64,000 nucleotides of DNA from Eledone cirrhosa (GCA_964016885.1 OZ024744.1:63612001-63676000); one strand, 5' to 3'. Shown: positions 28,072 through 48,284, counted from the first letter of the stretch. A program made the numbers and translations. The notes: generated from the sequence alone by a model not told the origin.

Positions 28072-31000
28072 TCATCATCATCATCATCACCGTTTTACGT
28101 CCGTTCTTCCACGCTAGCATGGGTTAGACGGGTTGTCCTGTTGTGGGCAGTGTCTGGTCGGCTGACCATGCCTTGCTCATACAGGAACTGATCTGGCTTG
28201 ATTTCTACAGCTGGATGCCCTTCCTAACACCAACCTCATTTACAGTGAGTGCTGGGTGCTTTTTCGTGGCGCCTACACGTCCACTTTACAGTGTGGGCTG
28301 GGTGCTTTTTTGCCGTGGCACCTCCACGACCACCTTGCGGTGGGGGGGGGGGCATATTGTTTATATGCTTCAGCATGTACCCATGGGAGGTCGGGTACCC
28401 TGTATTACTGCGTGACGCCAGAAGTCACGGTCGTGTGTCATTGACTTTGAGAGGTGTAGTTGGGTAAGGTCGGCTCTTATCACCTCATCCCAAGTCATCT
28501 TGGGTCTCCCCACTCCGCGGTTTCCATCAACTTCTAGTGCTCTGCACCTTTTTATGGAGCTGTCATCCTTCATACGCATCACATGTCCATACCAGCGTAA
28601 CCGCCTCTCCTGCACGCAGCATTTGATTCCTCTTATGCTCAGTCTCTCTCTCAATTCATTTATGCTTTGTCGTTCACGTATATTACTGTTACACATCCAT
28701 CGGAGCATGCAGGCTTCGTTTCTCTCTAATCTACGTAAGTCTTCCACCTTCAGCGCCCAGGTCTCACTACCATGCAACATCGCTGTTCGGATACACGCAT
28801 CATACAGTCTGCCTTTCATTCTGAGGGAGAAGCCTTTTGCAGCTAGCAGTGGTAGTAGTTCCCTAAACTTCTTCCATCCCGTTCTTACCCTAGTTATTGT
28901 ACTTTCTGAGCACCCACCTCCGTTGCTAATTCGGTCACCTAGGTAGCAGAAGCTGTCTACTGTTTCTACAGGGCCCTCCCAGAGATTGGTGGTACTTGTT
29001 TCCTGTGGCTGTTTGCTTGCTGTTTCAGCACAGCTGCTGCATGTGAATCCTACATTCTTAATTAAGCTTCCTGAGATCCCGCTACATCTCTTGTGTACCC
29101 ATTGTTTGCATTTGGGGCAAAGAATGGAGTTCCTACCTACACCTTTCCTACATACTGAGCAAGGCCATTTCCCTGAGGGGATCTGGGTTCTGTTTTCTCG
29201 TCTACTTATAAGGACCTTAGTCTTTGTCATGTTGACTTTGAGGCCCTTTCTCTCTAGTCCCTGCTTCCAGGTTTGGAATTTATTCTCTAGTTCTACCATA
29301 GATTCAGCTATGAGTGCGAGGTCATCAGCATACAGGAGTTCCCATGGGCATCCGGTCTTAAACTCCTCCGTTATTGCCTGCAGGACTATGATGAACAGGA
29401 GAGGGCTAAGAACAGAGCCCTGGTGGACCCCAACCTGTACGCTAAATTCCTCGCTATACTCATTGCCAATCCTAACTTTGCTGACTGCTCCCCTATACAT
29501 GGCTTGTACCGCTTTCACAAGCCATTCATCTACTCCTAGTTTTCTAAGAGCCCACCAGATTACTGCACGTGGAACTCTGTCAAAGGCTTTCTCAAGGTCG
29601 ACAAATGCCAAGTAGAGTGGCTTACTTTTAGCTAGGTACTTTTCCTGTAATTGCCTCACAAGGAAGAGCGCATCAGTGGTGCCTTTCCCTGGAACAAACC
29701 CAAATTGCATCTCGTCTATATTCACCCGGTCCCTAATCAGCTGTGCTATAACTCTTTCTGTTACTTTCATGACCTGGTCCATCAACTTTATACCTCTATA
29801 GTTTCCTCTATCTAGTGCATCGCCTTTACCTTTGTAGCAGTTGACAATGATGCTACTGCACCAATCTTTTGGTATGGCCCCCTCTAGTATTACCTGGTTA
29901 ACGATACGTGTGGTTATAGTGTGACCTACAGACCCAGATGCCTTCAGCATCTCGGCAGCTATACCCGATGGACCGGTTGCCTTCCCTATCTTCATATCTC
30001 TGATTGCCTTACTTACTACGCTGCCGCTGACTTGTACTGCTGGTCCCTCTATAGGGTCTACGTGGGGTAGGGTCTCTTCTTCCCATGCATTCTCCTCATT
30101 TAGTAATCTATCATAATGACTCTTCCATGCATCTTTCTTCTCAGCACTTGTGAGGGCAAGCTCACCTTTATCATTCCGGATACACTTCTCTCCAATGACA
30201 TCACAACTATCTCTGACACACTGCCTCGCAATCTTGAATACCTCCTGTTTCTGGTCCTCACGTTGTAAAACATGCTTGAATTTTCTATCCTCTGCTTCCC
30301 TCCTAGCTAAGTATACTTGTCGCCTAGCTTCCCTCTTGGTCTCTATGTAATGTACCCTGCTCCCCCCGTTCTTCCATTCTTTCCATGCCTGTCTCTTGGC
30401 CTTGACTGCTTCATCTACCTTATTGTTCCACCACCAAGTCACTCTCCTCCTGCTTGAGGTCTTACTCCAGCCACAAACCTCATCCGTCGCCTCTAGTAAG
30501 TTATTTTTTAGGAACTCCCAGTTCTCTTCTACGTTAAATGTCTCTATCTGTTCTTCTTTACTGTCGTAGGCGTTGAGTAAAATATCTTTAAATCTGTTAC
30601 TGGTTGAGGGGACTTTCAGCTTCCAGATCTTTCTTCTCCAGGTTGGCCTCTGTTTCAGGGCTCGTCTAGTTCTGACCGTGAGGTCGCTGACAACTAAGCT
30701 ATGTTGGGATGTACATTCCTCACTAGGGAAGGCTTTTGTGTTTACGACCGTCCATCTGTCACGTCCTCTGATGAGAATAAAATCTAACTGACTAGAGTGC
30801 TCCCCTGATCTATAGGTGATCAGGTGGTTGTCGGGTTTTTTAAAGTTTGTGTTACATATCGACATGTCATTGGCGTCGCAGAATTCTAGAAGTCTGAATC
30901 CTTCCTCATTCCTTGTGCCAACTCCATGGCCTCCATGTACTCTATTGAAGCCGTCGCAGTGTTTACCTACGTGTCCGTTAAAATCTCCTGCAATGATTAG

Positions 31001-31489
31001 GAAGTCCTTGTCGTCTGTTAGAGCAGTAGTGTGTATTAGGGACTCGTAAAACCTATCCTTAAGTTCGTCTGGCAGCCCCGATTGGGGTGCGTAAGCTGAT
31101 ATTATTGTGGTAATTGTCTTATTCAGGACTAGTCTGAGTTTAATGATTCTTGCATTTACCCTGTACACTGAGATTACTTTATCTACCCACTTGTCAGCTA
31201 ATAGTATACCTACACCACCCATCCCATCGTCATTTCCCACCCAGAAAAATTTGTAGCACTGGCTTTTTCCTACAAGGACTCTAGCAGACCCTCCTCTCCA
31301 TCTAGTCTCTTGCACACAGCATACATCAACTTCCTTTCGCTCTAGCATTTCTACGATTTCTCCTGCTCTTCCTTTCATTGAGCCTACATTGATGGTACCA
31401 ACTCGGAGTTTTGGGCATTTGTCGACACTCGTAGGGGAGGGTCTCTGGGTTGGCGCTTCACGTGGGTGCTTGGTAGCTCGCAGATTCAT
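28072..31489 (-). mobile_element. RTE-clade LINE (subfamily A) with intact ORF, 3' UTR and (GAT)n tail
   Basis: Uninterrupted EN-RT ORF; tail at 28072-28090. Confidence 0.97.
28370..31489 (-). CDS. RTE ORF: APE endonuclease + reverse transcriptase + PHD-like Cys finger, 1039 aa from ATG 31489
   Basis: [45 protein letters not shown]; the track's extra N-terminus is microsatellite. Confidence 0.95.
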   Translation of the reverse strand: MNLRATKHPREAPTQRPSPTSVDKCPKLRVGTINVGSMKGRAGEIVEMLERKEVDVCCVQETRWRGGSARVLVGKSQCYKFFWVGNDDGMGGVGILLADKWVDKVISVYRVNARIIKLRLVLNKTITTIISAYAPQSGLPDELKDRFYESLIHTTALTDDKDFLIIAGDFNGHVGKHCDGFNRVHGGHGVGTRNEEGFRLLEFCDANDMSICNTNFKKPDNHLITYRSGEHSSQLDFILIRGRDRWTVVNTKAFPSEECTSQHSLVVSDLTVRTRRALKQRPTWRRKIWKLKVPSTSNRFKDILLNAYDSKEEQIETFNVEENWEFLKNNLLEATDEVCGWSKTSSRRRVTWWWNNKVDEAVKAKRQAWKEWKNGGSRVHYIETKREARRQVYLARREAEDRKFKHVLQREDQKQEVFKIARQCVRDSCDVIGEKCIRNDKGELALTSAEKKDAWKSHYDRLLNEENAWEEETLPHVDPIEGPAVQVSGSVVSKAIRDMKIGKATGPSGIAAEMLKASGSVGHTITTRIVNQVILEGAIPKDWCSSIIVNCYKGKGDALDRGNYRGIKLMDQVMKVTERVIAQLIRDRVNIDEMQFGFVPGKGTTDALFLVRQLQEKYLAKSKPLYLAFVDLEKAFDRVPRAVIWWALRKLGVDEWLVKAVQAMYRGAVSKVRIGNEYSEEFSVQVGVHQGSVLSPLLFIIVLQAITEEFKTGCPWELLYADDLALIAESMVELENKFQTWKQGLERKGLKVNMTKTKVLISRRENRTQIPSGKWPCSVCRKGVGRNSILCPKCKQWVHKRCSGISGSLIKNVGFTCSSCAETASKQPQETSTTNLWEGPVETVDSFCYLGDRISNGGGCSESTITRVRTGWKKFRELLPLLAAKGFSLRMKGRLYDACIRTAMLHGSETWALKVEDLRRLERNEACMLRWMCNSNIRERQSINELRERLSIRGIKCCVQERRLRWYGHVMRMKDDSSIKRCRALEVDGNRGVGRPKMTWDEVIRADLTQLHLSKSMTHDRDFWRHAVIQGTRPPMGTC

Positions 31490-31728
31490 ATTTGTGTGTG
31501 TATATATATATATGTGTGTGTGTGTATATATATGTGTGTGTGTGTATGTATATATATATATATATAACAAAGGAAATGTGGTAAGGAACCAGGTGGACCA
31601 TAACGCACCAAAGTACTCAATACTTAGGGTACTAGAGTTGGTAATAGGAACGAGTAGTGGGGTCCTACTCGTTCCTATATATATATATCTGTGTGTGTAT
31701 ATTATATAGGTGTATATTTATATATTTA

Positions 31729-32770
31729 TATCATCATCATCATCATCATCATCATCAGCGTTTAACGTCCGTGTTCCACGCTTGCATGGGTTTGGACGGG
31801 GGTAGTCCCACTTGAGGCAAGAGTGATTGTCTTGCTCGCATAGGACTGTCTGGCAGGTTTTCTACAGTTGGATGCCCTTCCTAACACCAACCACATTTAC
31901 AGTGTGGGTCTGGGAGGTTTTTACCGTGTTGCCTACACGGCCACATTACAGCGTGGACTGTGTGTTTTTTTGTCGTGACACCTACACGATCTCATTTGTT
32001 TCGGCCTCGATGGCGCGGCACCAACATAACTTTACATAGAACGGGGTGGTGTGGATCGGGTGGGGGTGGTGGGACGGGGTGTATTTGTTAGAGATGCCTA
32101 CTGGCTGGAGTAGGTTTTACTATATATTTAGGTAAGGCGGGTCTTCTCTGTTACTGAGTACCGCCAAAGGTCTCGGTCCAGTGACATTGTCTTGGAGAGG
32201 TGTAAGTGTGTGATGTCGGAGTTTATCAGCTCGTCCCAGGTTTTTCTAGGTCTGCCTATTCCGTGACTACCGTCTATCTTTATTGCCCTGCACTTTGTTA
32301 TACAGCTATCGACTTTCATGCGCATCACGTGTCCATACCAACGTAGCCTTCTCTCGAGTAAACAACATCTGATCCCTCTTATCTCTAATTTTTTCCTTAG
32401 TTCGTTTATGCTTTGCCGTTCACGTATATTACTGTTACACATCCAGCGGAGCATGCAAGCTTCGTTCCTCTCTAGTCTGCGTATATCCTCTGCACACAAT
32501 GCCCAGGTCTCACTGCCATGCAGCATTGCTGTTCGTATGCAGGCATCGTACAACCTGCCTTTCATTTTTAGTGAGAACCCTTTAGCAGCTAATAGTGGTA
32601 TAAGCTCTCTGAACTTTTTCCAACCAGTTCTGACTCTAGCTACAGTACTTTCAGAGCACCCTCCCCCACTGCTGATTTTATCGCCCAGGTAACGGAAGCT
32701 GTCCACTATTTCTATAGAACCCTCTGCGCAATTGAAAGAGCTAGTAGTTTGTGGGCACTTGCTGCTACTT
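31729..32770 (-). mobile_element. RTE 3' fragment (subfamily B)
   Basis: ORF 32128-32706; near-identical to 13979-15025. Confidence 0.92.
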
Positions 32771-32854
32771 ATATATATATATATATATATATATTTCTAA
32801 AAATATATATATATATATGTGTATGTATGTATGTGTATATAAAATATATCACCT

Positions 32855-33073
32855 TGACCGACCAGTCTGTTTTTCGTGCTGTTTTAGCCATAAGATAACA
32901 CCATCCCACTGGCTGGGCGGGCAGGCCGGTACTCATTTCTACAGCTGAGTAAACTGGAGCAACGTGAAATAAAGTGTCTTGCTTAAGGAAACAACACATC
33001 ACTCGGTCTGAGAATTGAACTCACAACCTTTCGATTGCAAGGCCAATGCTCTAACCACTAAGTCATGTGCCAC
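32855..33073 (-). mobile_element. tRNA-derived SINE, same head as 22167-22506 but a different tail
   Basis: 32932-33073 matches 22366-22506. Confidence 0.85.
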
Positions 33074-33087
33074 CATATATATATATG

Positions 33088-33656
33088 GTGGTGGCTGCCA
33101 ACTCGTTTTCGAGTACGGCCACTACTTTATATCCATGTAGGAGAACCCCTACCGATGCGCTGAACGAGTGTGACTTTTTAGTTCAGCCAGTGACTTGAAA
33201 ACTAGTACAAACACTACACGTGTGACAATTATTGACACAGAGTGCTGGGCCCCTGGTACCATGCGACGACAAGTGCAGAGAGATCTCCAGATATAAAGCA
33301 ATGCCTGTGCCGTGAAGCTTTTATAGTGAGCAAAGGCATTGCACAAAGCCAGTCCCACTCTCTTAACCAAGATGATATTTACCAAAAAGAAGAACAAGTC
33401 AACATCATTGGATACCATCAGGGTTGCAGGTGTTATATCAGAGTTTTCCTTCTTCTAGAATTCTGCCTTGACAAAGGCTAAGGGGTCATCTCTCCCGGTG
33501 ATTTTGGATGGCCATTGACTCTTAAGAGCTCCTTTGCCCTTTGACCGGTTTTGTTTTTAGTCCTGCATGATGTCCAAAGTCACCCTCCTCACCAAGAAAC
33601 CTAGGTGAGGTTGCCAGTTTAGTCGCCAACGACCCGACCATGGGACAGGTTGTACT
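33088..33656 (-). mobile_element. Non-autonomous RTE-derived short element, longest copy
   Basis: Matches 19838-20247 and 49514-49997; extends further 5'. Confidence 0.78.
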
Positions 33657-33691
33657 ATATATATATATACATACATATATATATTTATATA

Positions 33692-33740
<49 letters not shown>

Positions 33741-33795
33741 GTGTATATATATATATATGTGTATATATATATATATGTGTATATATATATATGTG

Positions 33796-33838
<43 letters not shown>

Positions 33839-34021
33839 GTGTATATATATATATATGTGTATATATATATATGTATATATATATATGTATATATATATAT
33901 GTATATATATATATGTATATATATATATATGTATATATATATATGTATATATATATATGTGTATATATATATATATATGTGTATATATATATGTGTATAT
34001 ATATATATATGTGTATATATA

Positions 34022-34062
<41 letters not shown>

Positions 34063-34169
34063 TTCGTTTCTGAATTTGTTTAGCAAGATTCTTTATCTGA
34101 AAACGTGTGTTGAAACCGATATTGTTATACTTTAGGAGGGTCATGTTGCCAATAAGAAACACACGCACC

Positions 34170-35097
34170 AGTTGCTTTCACTTCAATTTATTGTAATAAA
34201 TTTATAAATTTAGGAATTTATAAATTTCTGGTTGGTTGGTTGGTTGGCTCCACAACCAGATAGTTGTTTATATATATTGTCAAAGTTCTTTCGTCACACA
34301 TTCTGTGACCTCTTCAGTGACTGGGGATTCTTTTCTTTGTTTTTGTGCCTCTCCTTTGTTCTGTCCTACGCCATCTTGTTTTTGTGTGCGTGTTCTGTGC
34401 TTAGTTTGCGCATGTGTTACATCCGGGTGTCTGTGTGTGTTTATATTCATTTATTTATTTATTTACATGTTACTGGTTGGTTGTTTGTTCTATGTGTGTG
34501 TGTGTTTTCATTTTGTCCTTAATTGTAAGTTGTGTGGTTGCTGTTCCACTAATGTTTTCTATTTAATTTTGGTTGTAATTCATTTATGTTTATTGCCTCT
34601 GTGATTTGTCTAAACATTGTGTCTTTTCTGTGTGTAGATTTTAATTTTATTTCTATGTTCTCTAATTTACCCTTATGTTCTATTTTAGCATGTTGGTAGA
34701 GTACAGATGATTCTTTACTATCTTGAAGGTCTCGCCAGTGTTCATTTATCCATTCCCCTACACTACGAGCTGTCTCACCTATGTACTCTATATTTTTATC
34801 TCTACATTGTCCTTCAGTACATCTTATGCTATATACTACATTTCTAGTTTTACAGTTAATATGGGGGCTTAATTTACAGATTATACATTTCTTATCTATA
34901 CAGGAGGTCTTTGAAAAGGGTATATCTTGCTAATAAGTGTTTTTAGGTACCTGGTCTTTCTACTATCTTAATATTGAGTTTATGTTTATCTAGGGCCCTT
35001 CTAAATTTGTAAGCTAATTCACCTCTAGGGGTTGTATCGATGAACATTACACTCTGGTATTTATTGCTATCATACCATGAGTTTATTCTATTAGCCG
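34170..35097 (-). mobile_element. PLE 3' fragment (GIY-YIG remnant plus pLTR)
   Basis: VMFIDTTPRGELA...IVERPGT...VVYSIRC...YIGETARS...NEH; HHR downstream. Confidence 0.85.
34279..34321 (-). ncRNA. Minimal hammerhead ribozyme (family H)
   Basis: Minus strand GTCA-CTGAAGA-gGTCACAgaatgTGTGAC-GAAAG-aa-CTT-TGAC. Confidence 0.75.
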
Positions 35098-35670
35098 TAT
35101 ATATATGTGTATGTATGTATGTGTATATGGATGTGTATGTATGTGTATGTGTGTACACATGGACTAGAGTAAGTATGTATATATGTGTGTGTCTATACGT
35201 GTGTATATATAAAGATAAGTTGAGTATGAAAATGTATACACATGAGCGCGTATGTATGTACATGAATACATGTGTGTATATATATGTGTATGCATGTGTA
35301 TATATATGTAAGTATGAATATGTGAATTGTGAGTATATGTATTTTGTAGAGGTGTGCAAATATATTTGTGTGTGAATGCGTGGGTGAAAGAATACGTACA
35401 CTTGAAAGAAAAATTTAAGTCTGAATGTTAAGTGCAAACACAAAACCAACCACGCATATCTTTACTATCTCTAATCCTTCTATAGATTTAGAAAAATAAC
35501 CAATAATATATTCCATAAAAAATGTCAAAACAACAGATGGGAATCTAATTACTCACTGCCACCAAGAATTCCCACTGCTATCGAAAAACCACTCCTTCAA
35601 CTATTCTTCTAACAACTTCACCCCTCCCTCCTAATATTCTCTATAAAAACTAAATAGGTCCTCAGTAATA

Positions 35671-35787
35671 TTATTCTGATGAAATGACAGTAAATAATAA
35701 CATTGAAATATTGAATGTCTGCATAACTAAAAGTTTGTAGATAGCTGTTTTAGGTTATGTAACTGTTATAGAAACACGTGTCAATAA
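35671..35787 (+). ncRNA. Hammerhead ribozyme with long stem II (family I)
   Basis: TTATT-CTGATGA-aATGACAGT...ACTGTTATa-GAAAC-acgt-GTC-AATAA. Confidence 0.75.
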
Positions 35788-35821
35788 ATTCCTTTCAACT
35801 AAACTGTATCCATTCAAATCT

Positions 35822-38494
<2,673 letters not shown>

Positions 38495-38496
<2 letters not shown>

Positions 38497-39550
38497 CCCG
38501 CGTGCTGTGGGTTGTAATTGTGCTAACGACAGCTGCGGTAGCGCAGCTAGCAATGTAGGCAGCAACAATGATAGCCTTATCGTGGGAAATAGACGGAACA
38601 GCGACAGAAATTGCAACTGCCGCGACAGAAGACGGTGCCCCCTTAGAGGATACTGCTTGACCGATAGGGTTATATATAGATGCACTATTACTAGCCACAA
38701 TAGCGTTAAACATTATATAGGGGCCACCTCCGGCCCGTTCAAAATTAGGTTTCGAACACATCTCCACTCTTTCACAAATAGAAAACTAAGGCACTCCACC
38801 TCGCTCGCGGACTACATCACATCACTAAAGGACTTAAACATTAGCTTCTCCACCCATTGGGAGATTGTCGGCAGGGCTGCACCGTACAACTTCAAGAGGA
38901 AATGCGATCTTTGCCTCATGGAGCTCTACCACATCATAACTGCACCCCACGAGCTCATCAACAGCAGAGCTGAACAGCGATAAGTTATACACATCGCTTA
39001 AAAATATCCTTCTTTAGATGGGTTAAGAATGGAGAGTGAAATAACACACTGGATCTACCTGCAACAAGTCTTAACACCCCGGCGGGCAGGCGCAGCAAAG
39101 TAACACCCAGAAAACAATCCCTGCATACCAAAAATTATCCGGGAAAGACTGCCCTAACACCGGCCAAAGTTACCTCCCTTGACCTGCAGCAAAATCAAAA
39201 CAAGATATTTTTGCGAACAATGAATCTTGATGTGGATTTAGCCCCCAAAACTCTTTCCGAACTATATAAGGAACACTTGTGATTGTTTATGCCCTTGAGA
39301 AGCCCAACTGGGCGAAACGTACATAGGTGATATTTTAAATAAACATGTTTTAACGGTCTATTCTCCGATTTTTCACTTTCCCACGTGTTTCGCTCTGCTA
39401 ACTCTCTAGCCCACTAAATATTAACACTTCGAATATTTAATACTGCCGGCACTAGTATCGAGCACCTTTGGCATACGCTACTTGGCAAATAACTATATGT
39501 ATCACCTATCCCTCCTTTTTTTCTCTCTTTCTCGATACGTAAATACTATA
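38495..39550 (+). mobile_element. PLE 3' fragment: GIY-YIG domain, 3' UTR, pLTR with HHR family C
   Basis: [21 protein letters not shown]...YIGAT...CDLCLME; TTGAGAA-GCCCaactGGGC-GAAACgtac at 39295-39325. Confidence 0.9.
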
Positions 39551-41207
<1,657 letters not shown>

Positions 41208-42762
41208 TCATCATCATCATCATCACCGTTTTACGTCCGTTCTTCCACGCTAGCATGGGTTAGACGGGTTGTCCTGTTGTGGGCAGTGTCTGGTCGGCTG
41301 ACCATGCCTTGCTCATACAGGAACTGATCTGGCTTGATTTCTACAGCTGGATGACCTTCCTAACTCCAACCTCATTTACATGAGTGCTGGGTGCTTTTTC
41401 GTGGCGCCTACACGTCCACTTTACAGTGTGGGCTGGGTGCTTTTTTGCCGTGGCACCCCCACGACCACCTTGCGGTGGGGGGGGGGGGCATATTGTTTAT
41501 ATGCTTCAGCATGTACCCATGGGAGGTCGGGTACCCTGTATTACTGCGTGACGCCAGAAGTCACGGTCGTGTGTCATTGACTTTGAGAGGTGTAGTTGGG
41601 TAAGGTCGGCTTTTATCACCTCATCCCAAGTCATCTTGGGTCTCCCCACTCCGCGGTTTCCATCAACTTCTAGTGCTCTGCACCTTTTTATGCAGCTGTC
41701 ATCCTTCATACGCATCACATGTCCATACCAGCGTAACCGCCTCTCCTGCACGCAGCATTTGATTCCTCTTATGCTCAGTCTCTCTCTCAATTCCTTTATG
41801 CTTTGTCGTTCACGTATATTACTGTTACACATCCATCGGAGCATGCAGGCTTCGTTTCTCTCTAATCTACGTAAGTCTTCCACCTTCAGCGCCCAGGTCT
41901 CACTACCATGCAACATCGCTGTTCGGATACACGCATCATACAGTCTGCCTTTCATTCTGAGGGAGAAGCCTTTTGCAGCTAGCAGTGGTAGTAGTTCCCT
42001 AAACTTCTTCCATCCCGTTCTTACCCTAGTTATTATACTTTCTGAGCACCCACCTCCGTTGCTAATTCGGTCACCTAGGTAGCAGAAGCTGTCTACTGTT
42101 TCTACAGGGCCCTCCCAGAGATTGGTGGTACTTGTTTCCTGTGGCTGTTTGCTTGCTGTTTCAGCACAGCTGCTGCATGTGAATCCTACATTCTTAATTA
42201 AGCTTCCTGAGATCCCGCTACATCTCTTGTGTACCCATTGTTTGCATTTGGGGCAGAGAATGGAGTTCCTACCTACACCTTTCCTACATACTGAGCAAGG
42301 CCATTTCCCTGAGGGGATCTGGGTTCTGTTTTCTCGTCTACTTATAAGGACCTTAGTCTTTGTCATGTTGACTTTGAGGCCCTTTCTCTCTAGTCCCTGC
42401 TTCCAGGTTTGGAATTTATTCTCTAGTTCTACCATAGATTCAGCTATGAGTGCGAGGTCATCAGCATACAGGAGTTCCCATGGGCATCCGGTCTTAAACT
42501 CCTCCGTTATTGCCTGCAGGACTATGATGAACAGGAGAGGGCTAAGAACAGAGCCCTGGTGGACCCCAACCTGTACGCTAAATTCCTCGCTATACTCATT
42601 GCCAATCCTAACTTTGCTGACTGCTCCCCTATACATGGCTTATACCGCTTTCACAAGCCATTCATCTACTCCTAGTTTTCTAAGAGCCCACCAGATTACT
42701 GCACGTGGAACTCTGTCAAAGGCTTTCTCAAGGTCGACAAATGCCAAGTAGAGTGGCTTACT
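41208..42762 (-). mobile_element. 5'-truncated RTE subfamily A copy with a CAA-to-TAA nonsense change near 42640
   Basis: Near-identical to 28072-29625. Confidence 0.95.
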
Positions 42763-46594
<3,832 letters not shown>

Positions 46595-46595
46595 C

Positions 46596-46868
46596 TAAGA
46601 CCGGGTGATTTGTTGTTTCCTTGAGCGAAACACTTTATTTCACATTGCTCCAGTTTACTCAGCTGTAGTGATGAGACGATAGGGACTGGGGTCCTTATCA
46701 TTCCACTGCAAAGTGTTCGTGGAGGTGCCATGACAAAAAAGCACCCAGCACTCACTGTAAATGATGTTGGAGTTAGGAAGGGCAACCAACTGTAGAAATC
46801 AAGCCAAAATCAGTTCCCGTCCCACCCTTGCAAGCAGGGAAAAAGCGGACGCAAAATGAAATGATGAT
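46596..46868 (+). mobile_element. 5'-truncated copy of the tRNA-derived SINE
   Basis: Matches the reverse complement of 22175-22445. Confidence 0.85.
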
Positions 46869-46869
46869 A

Positions 46870-47408
46870 TATAAGTATGTATATGTACATACATATATGT
46901 ATACAGACGTACAGTAGTATGTATATATATATACATGCACACATATATATATGTACGTATGGATTCACCGAACATTTATGATAATGCTCGGTGTGTTTGT
47001 AAACAAATATCCCGAATTAAGCCGTACAGTGTCTAGCAACCATCGTTGCTCATTGTTCAACACTGACAAAGGAACGCTGTACTAGCTATCGACAAAGGAA
47101 CGCTTATTAGCTATCGTCAGCAGCGTATACCTTCCTGCCAGATGATTGAACGTCTGAAAGTATATACCTTCCTGATGCATATTAACGGCTGAGCAACCTA
47201 ATTTGCATATCGAGTGAGTTAATCGGCCGGGGTACGAAAACGATAAATGGAAAAAAATGAAACGAAATTTCTCACTCTTAGTACGGCTGTTACTTAAATA
47301 TAAGTATGTATACGTACATACATATATGTATACAGACGTACATACATATATGTATACGGCCGTACTAAGAGTGAGAAATGAAATTTCGTTTCATTTTTCC
47401 CCGTTTAT
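46870..47408 (-). mobile_element. Retrozyme-like unit, copy 2 (different permutation, damaged HHR, 5' inversion at 47357-47408)
   Basis: Reverse-complement homology to 26130-26580; 46871-46912 repeated at 47300-47342. Confidence 0.72.
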
Positions 47409-47709
47409 ATATTCAGAAGATCCCGTTAAGGGTGAAAGCAGCGATTCTTTGCTTAAACTTTAATCTGTTATTTTAGTACATATATATATATGCAGAGGTT
47501 ATATTTAATTTGTTGTGATTCAACAAGCTTAAATATTTTTATAACTGATATAAAGCACTCAACTGGTTTGTGGAGTAAATACACAATATATTAATAAATG
47601 GAAACTATATTTATAAAACCATATTTATTTTATTATACATATTTCAAGGTCAACCAAAACAAATTATGGTGCGCTTTCACCAGATATGTGTGTGTATATA
47701 TATATATGT

Positions 47710-48253
47710 GTAGATAAATCTACCAAAATGTACGGTAGTGTCCAATCCGTATGAAGAACTCAATGTAATCCGAATATCATGAAAAGAAATGTATTCCAAA
47801 AAAATTTTTCGGGTGAAAAATACAGGAAAACAGTCAAGATAAATTAATAAAAATAATGAATAAAAACAAAGAAACAGTTCCTTATATTAAAAAATTCATC
47901 ATTTTACGATCGTTTCTAGGATATATATGTTTGTGTTGGTATGTATATCATATAGATCTATGTAAAATTTTTACAAACTATCAGATGGAATATACATACC
48001 TACACACATATATGCTGTCTTCAGAAATAATGATATTTGTTGGTTTTTTTCAATAAACAAATATCATTATTTCTGAAGACAGCATATATATGTGTAGGTA
48101 TGTATATTCCATCTGATAGTTTGTAAAAATTTTACATAGATCTATATGATATACATACCAACACAAACATATATCCTAGAAACGATCGTAAAATGATGAA
48201 TTTTTTAATATAAGGAACTGTTTCTTTGTTTTTATTCATTATTTTTATTAATT

Positions 48254-48255
<2 letters not shown>
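47710..48255 (-). mobile_element. Family A pLTR element folded back as an inverted repeat with ~200-bp arms, containing two HHRs
   Basis: 47842-48041 inverted at 48056-48255; HHRs at 47896-48033 (-) and 48064-48199 (+); homologous to 321-680. Confidence 0.8.

Positions 48256-48284
<29 letters not shown>

Noticed and set aside
28500-31049. + strand ORFs over the RTE element, and similar ones over other LINEs
   Set aside because: Antisense shadows of the real ORF
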